IMG/VR virus record: IMGVR_UViG_3300020175_000006
From: an uncultured virus (IMG/VR IMGVR_UViG_3300020175_000006)
Taxonomy: Duplodnaviria > Heunggongvirae > Uroviricota > Caudoviricetes
Reading direction: 5' to 3' (one strand)
Length of the DNA stretch: 64,000 bases
The position numbers and the translations under genes were made by a program. Positions 17,784-28,700 of this stretch are shown in pieces; the stretch's first letter is position 1, and the number at the start of each line of letters is the position of its first letter. Below the pieces are notes generated by a model. The model made no database searches, was not told where the DNA came from, and saw nothing but the letters and a program-made list of their open reading frames with translations.

Positions 17784-20731
17784 GACGTACAATTAATATT
17801 TATGTTGACTCCAGCGTTTATTTGCAAACTTTCATTAGTAAAATCATTATTACACCCTATATTAGTAACTGTTATGTTATTACCGTTGATACTATAGGAT
17901 AATCCGTCCTGAGATAAATTAGAAAGAGACGTTTCTACCGCAGTCAACCACTCAGTACTAGATGGGTAATCACCACTTCCATATCCAGTGTAGAATAAAT
18001 CTTTTCTAAGTAATGAACCACTAAGTCTTATATCCACATACCACAAACTTGTCAAAGTGTTTAATTGACAGTCACTTACATTATACCCTTCATTACCAAC
18101 CGCACTGTTAATACTATTTATTAATGTAGTTTGTGGGTTTGTTAATCCAATATCACAACTTAAAGTTTGTGTAGTGCAATCATTACCAAGTAATTGACCT
18201 GTAAATGTACATGGAATACATGGTATCGGTACTAACTCACATCCTCTTTGTCTTCTCCATACTACTTTTTGTCTCTGTAATACATTATTTTCCATTTTTT
18301 GACCCCCCATCCATATAGTAGATGCGGGAATCATTTGTTCAATTAACTTCATCCAATAATCACCTATACCATTAGTGAAATCAATCATTTTTTGATAGGT
18401 ATATTTGTTGGATGGTATACCTACGGACTCCTCTGAGTTTAAATATTTCCAATAAACTGATTGTAGTGTTGGATATCCACCTCCTTTACCGTCTGTTATT
18501 GTCTGTCTATTCCTAACATTAATCATGTTACGATAAAAGGTCTGAGCAAATTCAAAAAATGTCTTTTCTTTTGGTTTTGGGTTAATTACTGTCCAATCAA
18601 TCCCTTCAGGATATGGATAAGGTGATGTTAAACCAGTTGAAGGGAACGGGTAATTATATTTTTTTGACATATCCCATATGTCGTATATAATCCCTTGTCC
18701 CATATTTAAACCTAAGTCAACATTTTTAGCATTTAATACTAATTTTTCATTATTTACCACATAATAGGCATTATAACCAGCTTCGGTATTCCTCCTTAAA
18801 CCTAATTCATTATCTGTCCAAGATTTATTATTATCGTAGGTTCTTGTTAAACCAAAACCCAAATCCATATATGGAAAATCTCTAAATCTATCAAAATATT
18901 TTTGACCATAAGTAAATGGTTCTAATGTTGTCTGTATGTCAGGGTTTTGTCCTGTGAATACCGAACCTGTAGTGTCTAATACTGTAGGTGCTCTATGTTC
19001 AGGAGTCTGCTCATACCATCCCGCACCTTTTTCAAAAAATATTTCTTCACTGGATACCGGAGATTGTGGATATCCAAAACTATCAATAGGATAATCATTT
19101 CTAACAGTGTCTACGTTACTTAATGTTAGTTGAGTTGTGAATCCGGTATATGTCACCCCTTCAAAACTGAATGTGATGTTTGGGTCCAAGACCGGCGTTT
19201 CTGTAGTTTTAGTACCTCCCGTTATAGTTGCGTATTCTTCATTAAATCTTTCCACATTTATCGGACCATCAGCCAAATAAATAATTTCATTAAAATCTAT
19301 TAACGCGTCGGGAGCACCGACTAATCTCATAAGTGCCTCTATTGAACGTCTTGTACCTTTAGATTTAAATAAGTAAGCAGAATTTAAAATTAAATTTCTA
19401 TAATATTGATAACTAAGTTCGGTTGGTGTCTTATTTACTGTCTGTCCAGGAAATACATTAGAATCTTGGTTTCCAAATACACTACTTAAGAACTTATCAT
19501 TAGTTATGGGTGAGATGTTAGTGTCCCAACCTATTGTCTGAGCCAAATTTGTTAGTAACTGAGAAGGTATATCGTTTTGTACAACATAATGAACTGAATT
19601 CATATATGATAACGCATCAATAAACTTTTTTGTTTCGTCAAAACTTCTACCATATAGTTGTAAAACCTTTTCTACATTTTTATTAGGTGTATCAAAATCT
19701 TTAAAAGCCCCTGTAGTTAAAAATCTCGATATTAAATTACTTTTATATTCATCTATCTCATCAGATATACTATTTAATTGTGTTAAATAATTATCAAACC
19801 TATTTGTTCTTATATCTAAATTCCATACCCCATCTAAACTCCATGTTATACTCTGATAAGCTTTATACACTTGTCCGTCTTGACCTTCCCTTAATATTTC
19901 AAATTTAGAAGTATAGGTTGGAACTACTAAACGATTTAATAAGAAGTCCTCAACTTCGTTAAAGTCGTCAATAAATACTTTATCAGTTTCTTGTTTATTT
20001 GGTTTTAATAAAATATTATCTACTGAAGTAGATTGACCACTGAAAGGATTTCCTTCTACTACAATTTGTACCGTCCCCGCCGATAGTTTTGGTGAGGGGT
20101 CGAAATCAACAAATTTATACTCAGTCTCTAAATCTTCAAAAAATAAAGAATACTGTAAGAAACTTCTAGTAAGATTTCTTAATGGGCTTACCTCAAAAGG
20201 TCTAACAGAAATATTTCTATCCGAATTTTCTGAGTAATCGATATCGAATGGATTTTTAAATCTGGTAACGTCAATATCAAAAGTCGTTAAACCTTCAACA
20301 TCATCATAAGAAATGTTATAAGCGGTGTATCCAGTGTTAAAATCATAATAAATTTTATCTACAGATATTGCGGCCGGAAAAAAATTAACTATATTTGTTA
20401 CTGAAGATGACATTCTTTTTCTTAAAGAACCATACATCGCAAAATTAGTAACCTGACTTATATCGTAATTAGGATAAACTTTAAAGTTTTTAGCTAAGAC
20501 TATCTTAGACTCTTCAATACTGTCAAAGTCTAAATCATTTAATGAAATAGGATTAGAAAAGACACCAGTATCAAAAGTTCTATTAACCTTTTCAACAACA
20601 TTTGTTGTGAACTCAAAATTTGACTGCGTAAGACCTCCACCCTCAACAAGTTGTAAACCAACTAAGTTGTCAGAAAATGTTCCTCTAGCGTTAGGAGGAG
20701 CCGGTGGGTATCTAAACTTATTATCGGCCAT
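17780..20731 (-). CDS. Baseplate wedge / P2 gpI-like (T4 gp7-like) protein
   Basis: LAQTIGW...YLFKSKGTRRSIEALMRLVG motif typical of gpI-like wedge proteins; baseplate context. Confidence 0.6.
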   Translation of the reverse strand: MADNKFRYPPAPPNARGTFSDNLVGLQLVEGGGLTQSNFEFTTNVVEKVNRTFDTGVFSNPISLNDLDFDSIEESKIVLAKNFKVYPNYDISQVTNFAMYGSLRKRMSSSVTNIVNFFPAAISVDKIYYDFNTGYTAYNISYDDVEGLTTFDIDVTRFKNPFDIDYSENSDRNISVRPFEVSPLRNLTRSFLQYSLFFEDLETEYKFVDFDPSPKLSAGTVQIVVEGNPFSGQSTSVDNILLKPNKQETDKVFIDDFNEVEDFLLNRLVVPTYTSKFEILREGQDGQVYKAYQSITWSLDGVWNLDIRTNRFDNYLTQLNSISDEIDEYKSNLISRFLTTGAFKDFDTPNKNVEKVLQLYGRSFDETKKFIDALSYMNSVHYVVQNDIPSQLLTNLAQTIGWDTNISPITNDKFLSSVFGNQDSNVFPGQTVNKTPTELSYQYYRNLILNSAYLFKSKGTRRSIEALMRLVGAPDALIDFNEIIYLADGPINVERFNEEYATITGGTKTTETPVLDPNITFSFEGVTYTGFTTQLTLSNVDTVRNDYPIDSFGYPQSPVSSEEIFFEKGAGWYEQTPEHRAPTVLDTTGSVFTGQNPDIQTTLEPFTYGQKYFDRFRDFPYMDLGFGLTRTYDNNKSWTDNELGLRRNTEAGYNAYYVVNNEKLVLNAKNVDLGLNMGQGIIYDIWDMSKKYNYPFPSTGLTSPYPYPEGIDWTVINPKPKEKTFFEFAQTFYRNMINVRNRQTITDGKGGGYPTLQSVYWKYLNSEESVGIPSNKYTYQKMIDFTNGIGDYWMKLIEQMIPASTIWMGGQKMENNVLQRQKVVWRRQRGCELVPIPCIPCTFTGQLLGNDCTTQTLSCDIGLTNPQTTLINSINSAVGNEGYNVSDCQLNTLTSLWYVDIRLSGSLLRKDLFYTGYGSGDYPSSTEWLTAVETSLSNLSQDGLSYSINGNNITVTNIGCNNDFTNESLQINAGVNININCTS

Positions 20732-21639
20732 TACTGAGTGATATTAGTGAAGTTTTTACTGAAGTCTATATTGTCTCCTCTATTTTGTCTAACCTCGTAT
20801 AATAAATTATTAAACTCATCTCTAATCTCATATAGGTTATATTGTTTGTAAATGTTAAGGTCGTTGTCATATAAGGTATAAACACCATCTTCAATAGATT
20901 TAGTCTGATTACCGTAAAGAGCAATCGCTAACGTATCTATATCATGCTCAGCTAATTCAATATCCAACGTTATCGGATTAAAAAATGTATTAGTGATTAT
21001 TATATTTTGATTAGGTTGACCTATAAATGGAGTCGCACTCGGTTTATTAGATGGTGCACTTGCCGGTGAAACTGTACAAAACAATAAATCACTACCACTA
21101 TCCACATATCTGTATCTAATAGACTTTTGTGATGAGTTAGTAAGATTAGTAACTACAGGTTCGCAATAAAATGATGATGTTATAATTCTATAAAAATTAG
21201 TAATTTTTGTACCGTCATTATTTAAATACTCTACTCTATGACCAACTAATCCTTGATTAATAAATCTATTCCTGTATTGAGAGGGAACATTATTTAAATC
21301 TACGATTATTCCTTTTACGTTAGGTAATGACGATAATACTCCACAATCGGTAATTGTGGTTCGTATCTCCACAGGTCTGATATATAAAGTATATATACCT
21401 ATTTGATTAAATTCATCCGCAGGTAATTTAAGGTTATATAACCCCCCTAATATCTCAAGGTCGGCATTTCCTCCTGTATCCGCGTTATGAAAATAAGGTG
21501 TTAATACTTCCGCAGCATTTAAAGTTTTTAACTCGAAGTTATTGGTCACATCCCTTGACGGGGTATAATTTAATATTATTTCCACGTCCTCAGGGGACAT
21601 GTCTGCTGGTCTTGTTGTTCCGTATGTTCCTAAAGCCAT
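20731..21639 (-). CDS. Hypothetical virion structural protein
   Basis: 302-aa ORF, tightly coupled to neighbours. Confidence 0.75.
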   Translation of the reverse strand: MALGTYGTTRPADMSPEDVEIILNYTPSRDVTNNFELKTLNAAEVLTPYFHNADTGGNADLEILGGLYNLKLPADEFNQIGIYTLYIRPVEIRTTITDCGVLSSLPNVKGIIVDLNNVPSQYRNRFINQGLVGHRVEYLNNDGTKITNFYRIITSSFYCEPVVTNLTNSSQKSIRYRYVDSGSDLLFCTVSPASAPSNKPSATPFIGQPNQNIIITNTFFNPITLDIELAEHDIDTLAIALYGNQTKSIEDGVYTLYDNDLNIYKQYNLYEIRDEFNNLLYEVRQNRGDNIDFSKNFTNITQ

Positions 21640-21640
21640 T

Positions 21641-22711
21641 TTACAATTGTTCTTTTATTTTAAAGAAACCGTACCCATAAGATACTAAGTCTCCGATGTT
21701 ATCAACTTCTCCGAGTCTCTGTATTCCTTCGAACGCAGAATTTTTACCTCTATCAATAAATATTTGGGATTGTATTTCCGGTGAGGAAACTACACCAAAT
21801 AATACTTCTTCTTTAGTAATTGGGTCTGCAACAATCATGTTGTCGGTTATTCCACTAGATTCTATAAAAAATAAGGTCTTACCGTTAGGGTAATCGTAGT
21901 ACACTACATCTTGTATTGTATATGCAGTATACTCATCTGTTATCTCCGTAACTCTACCATAATCTTCATTATTCTTTTTTACGACAACCGAAGTATCATA
22001 CTTTGTAGGTCCGTAAAGTTTTAAATTATTAAGTTGTGAAGAAGTAAATCCTGTTATAGTAAATGTCTCGTCACTTGTTTGAGCACTTACAGTATTTTCT
22101 GAGTCCCCCGTAAAAATAAAATTATAATTAATCGGAATATTAGCCCAATTACCCCCTTGTTGAGTAAATGTTATAGTTTCTAAGGGATTTGTTATAGTGA
22201 CTAATGTATTAGGTATCGACACTCCTTTAACTATATTTGTCACACCCCACGGATTATTTTGTGTTAACTTTATTTTATACGATAAAGTTAATGGCGGATA
22301 CTCATGTTCCATATAATTTGGATAAATCGCAGTAAAAGGTTCCACAGTACCATCCCCCCAATCTATAGTGTATGTAGATAGTTTTAAAAACTTTTTTAAT
22401 TGGTCTGATGTGTTATATAATTTGATTTTAAAGTGGTTGGATGGGTCTCCACTAACTATAAAGTTAGATACCACATCTTTTTGTAAGACAAAACCATCAA
22501 ATGCTGAGTAGAATCCCATATCATCAAAAGTCTGATTAAAAACAATAGGTATTGTTAAATCTGTTAATAAACTGTCTCCGTTAGTCCCTCCACTTAATAT
22601 TTGTGTCATAGCAGAATAAACTCCAAACGTATTACCACTATACGTTTGCTGAACAACATCACTTTTAAGTGATTCTGGAGATATTTTTATGTAGTGTATA
22701 TCTTCGTTCAT
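21641..22711 (-). CDS. Structural protein with PKD-like domain
   Basis: YTIDWGDGT motif; 356 aa. Confidence 0.6.
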   Translation of the reverse strand: MNEDIHYIKISPESLKSDVVQQTYSGNTFGVYSAMTQILSGGTNGDSLLTDLTIPIVFNQTFDDMGFYSAFDGFVLQKDVVSNFIVSGDPSNHFKIKLYNTSDQLKKFLKLSTYTIDWGDGTVEPFTAIYPNYMEHEYPPLTLSYKIKLTQNNPWGVTNIVKGVSIPNTLVTITNPLETITFTQQGGNWANIPINYNFIFTGDSENTVSAQTSDETFTITGFTSSQLNNLKLYGPTKYDTSVVVKKNNEDYGRVTEITDEYTAYTIQDVVYYDYPNGKTLFFIESSGITDNMIVADPITKEEVLFGVVSSPEIQSQIFIDRGKNSAFEGIQRLGEVDNIGDLVSYGYGFFKIKEQL

Positions 22712-24099
22712 GACGGATTTACATATTCATACCAGTTTATTGGTGTTACCGTACCGACCCTGTTTTGAGTGTTCATATTAATAACATCATATTCATAATT
22801 TTCGTAATCAATATTAACTTGGTAGTAAAAATACTTAGAACTTTCAAAATTAAACTTCTGAGATAATGCAGACTGTCGAGTATTCATCATCCTAACAAAT
22901 TGTCCAGTTTTAGCGTTAAAAAACTTAGCACTCATATAAAACTTATCTATATCGATATAATTCGGATTTTTTAACCAATAAATAAAGTATCCTTCTTTAT
23001 CACCAACATAATCCAATAAAAAATTAGGCATCTTTATCTGCGAATCAGAAGGTGCCACCGCAGTAGACGCAGTATTAGGAGGTAAATTTCCTGCATTATT
23101 GTTTATTTCCCCACCACTTCCAGGTGGTTGGAATGATGCTGATGGTGTTGGTGATGGGGGTGTTGGTGTAGGTGTAGGCGTTGAACTGATTGATGGTGTT
23201 GGAGTCATCGACGGGTTTATACAATCGCAATTTCCAAGCGTAAAATCACTAAAATCATCTATTATATCATTAGGGGGTGCGTCCGGTATAATATCATCAC
23301 CTATACTAATTATTTCAAAACATGTTCCCTGATAATCTATTGTATAATTATTTTGAGGCCATGATAAAAGTTCATTAACGATTTGAACATCAATATATTT
23401 AGTTAACGAAACGCTATTACAGTTTAAAAATGTCGTCTCATAAGTATCGGGAAAAAACAATATTACATCATTAATTTTTGATGTAGATGGTGTAGGTGTA
23501 GGTGTGGGCACATAGTAAAGTGGGGCCGCAAGACCAAAATCTCCACCACCTGGTAATATGTCTGGAATTGTTGGTCCCGAAACATATGGGTTAGATATCG
23601 GAGGTTCCGTTCCGGATAATCTAGTTAATCCTTGTTGTGTAGGTAATATAATGGTTAAATAAAGTTTTTGTGTCTCACTATTGTCAGTATCATATAAATC
23701 TAACTTAAAGAAACTATTTTTATATGAGTTAGCATTATAATATATCTCACCCTCAGTAAAGCAAGTTCCTGTGAAATTTGGGTTATCGGTAAACACATAG
23801 TCACTTGTCCATAAATTGACGTTAGATGGATTAGTTGCTCCTACATCAATACTTCTATCGAAAAAACTAAATTTGTGGTTAATACTAGTCTGTAATATAT
23901 TATCTTTGTACCAATCTTTGTGAGTAAATCTTGTTAACTCAAAGTCTTCAATAGGATTTATTACTTTTTCTAAAGTCTCTTCTTCAAACTTATCCACCAA
24001 ATCATCTCTACCTAATAAATCGGTATCAATTTGAATGGGTATGTTTATATACCTATCGTTAGGTGATATTTTAATTCTATATTTATTCACAGTAGTCAT
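22708..24099 (-). CDS. Structural protein with Pro/Thr linkers and one Cys-rich module
   Basis: 463 aa; TPTPTP linkers flank FLNC...GTCFEII...NCDC. Confidence 0.7.
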   Translation of the reverse strand: MTTVNKYRIKISPNDRYINIPIQIDTDLLGRDDLVDKFEEETLEKVINPIEDFELTRFTHKDWYKDNILQTSINHKFSFFDRSIDVGATNPSNVNLWTSDYVFTDNPNFTGTCFTEGEIYYNANSYKNSFFKLDLYDTDNSETQKLYLTIILPTQQGLTRLSGTEPPISNPYVSGPTIPDILPGGGDFGLAAPLYYVPTPTPTPSTSKINDVILFFPDTYETTFLNCNSVSLTKYIDVQIVNELLSWPQNNYTIDYQGTCFEIISIGDDIIPDAPPNDIIDDFSDFTLGNCDCINPSMTPTPSISSTPTPTPTPPSPTPSASFQPPGSGGEINNNAGNLPPNTASTAVAPSDSQIKMPNFLLDYVGDKEGYFIYWLKNPNYIDIDKFYMSAKFFNAKTGQFVRMMNTRQSALSQKFNFESSKYFYYQVNIDYENYEYDVINMNTQNRVGTVTPINWYEYVNPS

Positions 24100-25795
24100 T
24101 TATTGGGGCGAATGAAATATTACTATTGTTAATATTTCTCTTCATAGGAGTTAGTAAAAATAGTATCTCACTAAATGGGTAGTGACATCCATTTAAAAAA
24201 GGATTATCTAAACCATTACCGTCACTGTCTTTATATCCATATGGGTATAAATCTCTCCATCTCCATTGTTTTTCATATTTAGATAAAAAAGCGTAATCCG
24301 GAACTAAATCAACTGAATTTTCATCTCCAAGTTCAATATAGTCCGAATACACTCTTATGGGTACTGAATAATGTGGATTAAAAGCATATCCAGAAGGTAA
24401 CGTATTAATACTGTTATTATCAAATACTTGTGGGTTATACGATATCTTGTGACTTATGTTAGACAATACAACTTCTTTTTGATTATACTTATTAAACTCA
24501 CATATACCACCCATTAATTTATGACCAATTTCTAAATTTTCATTATAATGAAATGTATTTCCATTTTTAACGTAACTTCCGTTTGGTATGTCGTCTCTAT
24601 TAGATGTGTTGTTTATATCCCACCACTCGTCTATTTCATCTTCTAAAAAGTTTAATTCCCATCCGACCTGCACTCCCGTATTATTATTACTTACGTAAGG
24701 GTTATTAAACCAACCCATATAACCTTTATTTAGAATAGTTACAAACAATTCAGTTATAGGTCTATCTAAATTATCCCTAAGTGAAGATATATCTATATCT
24801 TTATCAAAAGAAAACCCTACTGTAGTATTACCATCTTTAATTGAAACTCTCTGCACATTATTTGGTGTTAATGCCGAATACTCCAATTGTTTTTTAACGG
24901 GAAAAGGGTTAGTTTCATATGCCAACTTAGTAATATCAGCATGAGTATTTTTAGTTAAAACTTTATGACACCTAACATAATATTCTGAGGTAGTCTCTTC
25001 TTTATTATTTATATCTGTAACTTTTTTAAAATTACCTGTAGCGTAGTTACCAAAAAGTGGGTCAGTAAATCCATAATTAAATATAGAAAAAACTTTTTCC
25101 TGATTTCCGTAGTACAAATCACCTATTTCATAAACTTCAAAATATCGTTTACCATTTATTTCGTCTTTAGTGTAAATCCAATCACCAAGAGATAAGTTAT
25201 GTTTAAATCCACAATAAAACGTAATAAGATTTTTCCCCCTGTCTTGTGTGTTAAGTATATAATACGGTACCCCTTCACTAACTACAAAATTATTTACCGA
25301 AGTTCCACTTTCAAAGTTTACAGTCTGTCTTAAATTTTGGTCTGTTTTATTTTCAGATGCATATGTGACATACGAAACCCAATTATATGACGAAGCGCTT
25401 TTATTTATAAATGGTATGTGACCTTCAATACCTCTAGTCCTAAAAAAAGTAAATTCGTCATATTGAGGATATCCTTTCCATTCACCTCCAAAAGTGAGAG
25501 TATTTAAAGTATCTGTATAGTATAGAGAGTTTCTAAATGGTTCGTAACTTGTTTGACCGCTAACAATATTATTAAATATATTAACTATCTTTCCAGCAAT
25601 TCTAAATTTACTTGAATTTTGTCTTTCGTAGTTAAACCTTTCTTCTAAATTAAGTATTTTAGACCTTTCACCCTCTATAATATTTTTATTATTTCCTTGT
25701 AAATTTACATTTATTAATAAATCAGTATTAGACGCACCGGCAAAACGGTCCTCTCCTCTAACAATTCTAATATCTGAATTTTTCTTATTACTCAT
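24083..25795 (-). CDS. Hypothetical baseplate-region structural protein
   Basis: 570-aa ORF overlapping both neighbours. Confidence 0.7.
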   Translation of the reverse strand: MSNKKNSDIRIVRGEDRFAGASNTDLLINVNLQGNNKNIIEGERSKILNLEERFNYERQNSSKFRIAGKIVNIFNNIVSGQTSYEPFRNSLYYTDTLNTLTFGGEWKGYPQYDEFTFFRTRGIEGHIPFINKSASSYNWVSYVTYASENKTDQNLRQTVNFESGTSVNNFVVSEGVPYYILNTQDRGKNLITFYCGFKHNLSLGDWIYTKDEINGKRYFEVYEIGDLYYGNQEKVFSIFNYGFTDPLFGNYATGNFKKVTDINNKEETTSEYYVRCHKVLTKNTHADITKLAYETNPFPVKKQLEYSALTPNNVQRVSIKDGNTTVGFSFDKDIDISSLRDNLDRPITELFVTILNKGYMGWFNNPYVSNNNTGVQVGWELNFLEDEIDEWWDINNTSNRDDIPNGSYVKNGNTFHYNENLEIGHKLMGGICEFNKYNQKEVVLSNISHKISYNPQVFDNNSINTLPSGYAFNPHYSVPIRVYSDYIELGDENSVDLVPDYAFLSKYEKQWRWRDLYPYGYKDSDGNGLDNPFLNGCHYPFSEILFLLTPMKRNINNSNISFAPINDYCE

Positions 25796-28700
25796 CTTGA
25801 GCGAAAATGTATTTTTTTATGTATCTATTCATCGCACTTTTACCCCTTTTAAGACCAAAATAATAGTAAAAGGGTCCACCTACTTTAAAGTTACCACCAT
25901 TCACATCATTCGTAGGGTATGAGTCGTATTCAGGGTCTGTCGAGCTTCTGTTATAAATATAACCAAGACCATATCCTGAATTAGGTTTCATATATGTACT
26001 ATTGTTATTATAAAAATCATCTCCTTGGTATTTAGAGTTGAATATATATTCAGTATTCCATGAGTTATGTTGGGTCCCAAATAATCCATTGTCATTTACG
26101 TTCCACATATAATACGGAACTACTTGGGTATTCGAATATCCAAATGTATTTGTCGGACCTGTCGGTTCGGTTCCAAATGTAGTCACTCCATTCGTAATAA
26201 CTCTCCTATTAATTGTATTCGAACTAAACCAAATACCAAATCTATCATCTATTAAAGAAATACTATCTTCATAATTACCTTCTAAAAATGGTATAACACC
26301 ATACTCAGAGTTAATACCTACCATTTGAGCGTAGTCCCCATCAACCCGACTGTCAAGTGGATTTGAGAGCCCTAAAATCTGAGTCTCTCTTGAGAAAAGC
26401 ATTCCCACAGAACCGTCTCCAGCACCTAACACTTGTTCCAAAAAGTTGGCGTTCGCCAAACGGGAGACTATAAATAAAATATCAATATTAGATGGGTCGT
26501 TATAACTTGTAGTTTCTATTGTATCAATTATATAACCTTCAAATTCAGGTGAAAACGCAATCTCTTTTGTGAACTCATCTCTTGGTCCTAACTCATTAAT
26601 AGTTGTTGGGTACCAAATGTTTTTATCATTTTGACCGGAGTAATAATCCCTACCTGGCTCCTGACCTATAAATTGATTCGTATCATCATTAAAAGGTGTC
26701 GAACGATAAAAGAATGAGTTTGTTTCGGTATTAAAATATAATGGTCCTTGGTACCTTCTATTGACCCAAAATTGTTGGGGGTCACCACAGAAACGATACC
26801 GTTTAGGTTGATTATCTGAATTATATATGGTTTGTTTTTGAAATGAGGGCATATATAGAGACCCATTTAACCAGTTATTTTGAAACATTTGCCCAATAAC
26901 TCCCTGGCATAGTGCAAACATAAATCTTATCCTTACTCTCCATTCAAAAAACATTTGTATGTCTCTAGGAATTGTAAGTATTAATCTTCTAATCACGAAA
27001 CGGTAACATCCGTTAACAACTCTTTCATCACTATCAATAGGTCCAGGTAGGTCACATGGGTTAACAACTTCAAATTCCTCACCCTGTCCTTGATAACAGT
27101 TTAAAGGTACCATACCTTGACATCCGAAACTTTGTATTACTTCCGATGTTACTGAATTTGCGTCTTCTGAAGCGTCGGCAGCATTGCCAGTGTCGTCCGA
27201 TGAAGTCACCACTTCTCCCTCTATATTTGTTACCGTACCCTCTTCATCTAAAAAGAATAACTGTTGTCTTAGATTTAAATGTAATCCATACCTTCTAAAT
27301 TCAGGTTCGTTATTGTTATATTCAAACCTATCAAATTGGTCTCCTGTTGGTATTCTATCCGACCTAAACACTAACCTGTTGACATTAGACATATTAGTAA
27401 TTACCTGTTGGTCTGATAAATTTCTAGAGAGGTATAGTGGAGATACCGTAATGATTTTCGTATCGTCAGTATTTTTTAAGTTCCTTTTATCATTATTTTT
27501 ATCTGAGTATTGATACCCGCAACCTTCTATTCCTCTTTGAAACCATGGGTCCATACCTTTGTTGGGGTATCCACTACCTGGTCCGTCAGGACAATTTACC
27601 CCATTACCATCAACACCCATATAATTTTTGTAACGGTTATCATTAACTAATTGTTTATCTAAAGAAACGTATTTGTTAAAACATTCGGTAGAAAAGGATT
27701 GGTAATTTTCCCCGCTATTACCAAAATTAGCAGTATAAGATGGGTGATATAACGCTTTGGCACTAAATCCGTCTCCACCATATCCATAGTTATTAGTGTC
27801 TTCGAACTTAAGGTCATCACCCACCCACTTAAAGTGAGGTACTGGGGTTTTATTCGAATTTCTCCAAATACCGTCTTGGGTTGCGGTATTTTCACCTGTT
27901 AATACATTGGGTTGTATCGGTATATTTAAGTAGTATTCTCCTTCTACAGTTACTTCATTAGCCCAATCATCAAACTCACCCGAACTAGTCTCATATCCAA
28001 ATAGTTTAGATAAATCATATTTCATCTTTTGCTTTGGACTATATGGGTCAACTCCTCTTGTTGCAAATACAATAACTAAATCATTTTCGTTAGTATTACC
28101 CTGTTTATAGAAGTGACTTACCGTCGCTAAGTTATGGGCATCTCCATCAGTTTGGTCATTTTCCTCACATTGGTAACCCACCTTATAATCTAAGAGATAC
28201 CTCCTAAGTAATCCGTTAGTGGTTCCAGTAGTTATAGAGTTAACCTCAGACCTAGTCATACCTGTTATAACTTGGAAGTACTCTACTCCCGCCTTATATT
28301 TATAACTTGTAGTTGCACCAGTATTTACTATAGTGACTCCCTGTGCAGTACTTGCGACACCATTAGGTTTCAAATATTTTATATCTATAGTAGTGTAACC
28401 ATTTTCATTATAATTTATGGAATTACCCGTAAGACCATTATTATTAAACTGATTACCGCTAGGGTAACGATTAACGTTAGGGTCTGAAATGGTAGACGGG
28501 TCATTAAAGGTAAATAACTGTCCTGGTATTACTACACTACCTGGGTCCAATACCATAATAAAACAACTGTCTGTCCATGGCGTAGATGCGTTATATCCAA
28601 AGTGGTCGTTTACTGTCCTAACAAGCATTCTGTTAGTTGTTGATGGACCGAAGTTTTGGTTACCGTTATCTCCGAAGTACATATGTCTTCGGTTCATAAG

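Noticed and set aside
1..24099. Diversity-generating retroelement acting on fibre genes
   Set aside because: No reverse transcriptase and no adenine-specific TR/VR pair noticed in the window
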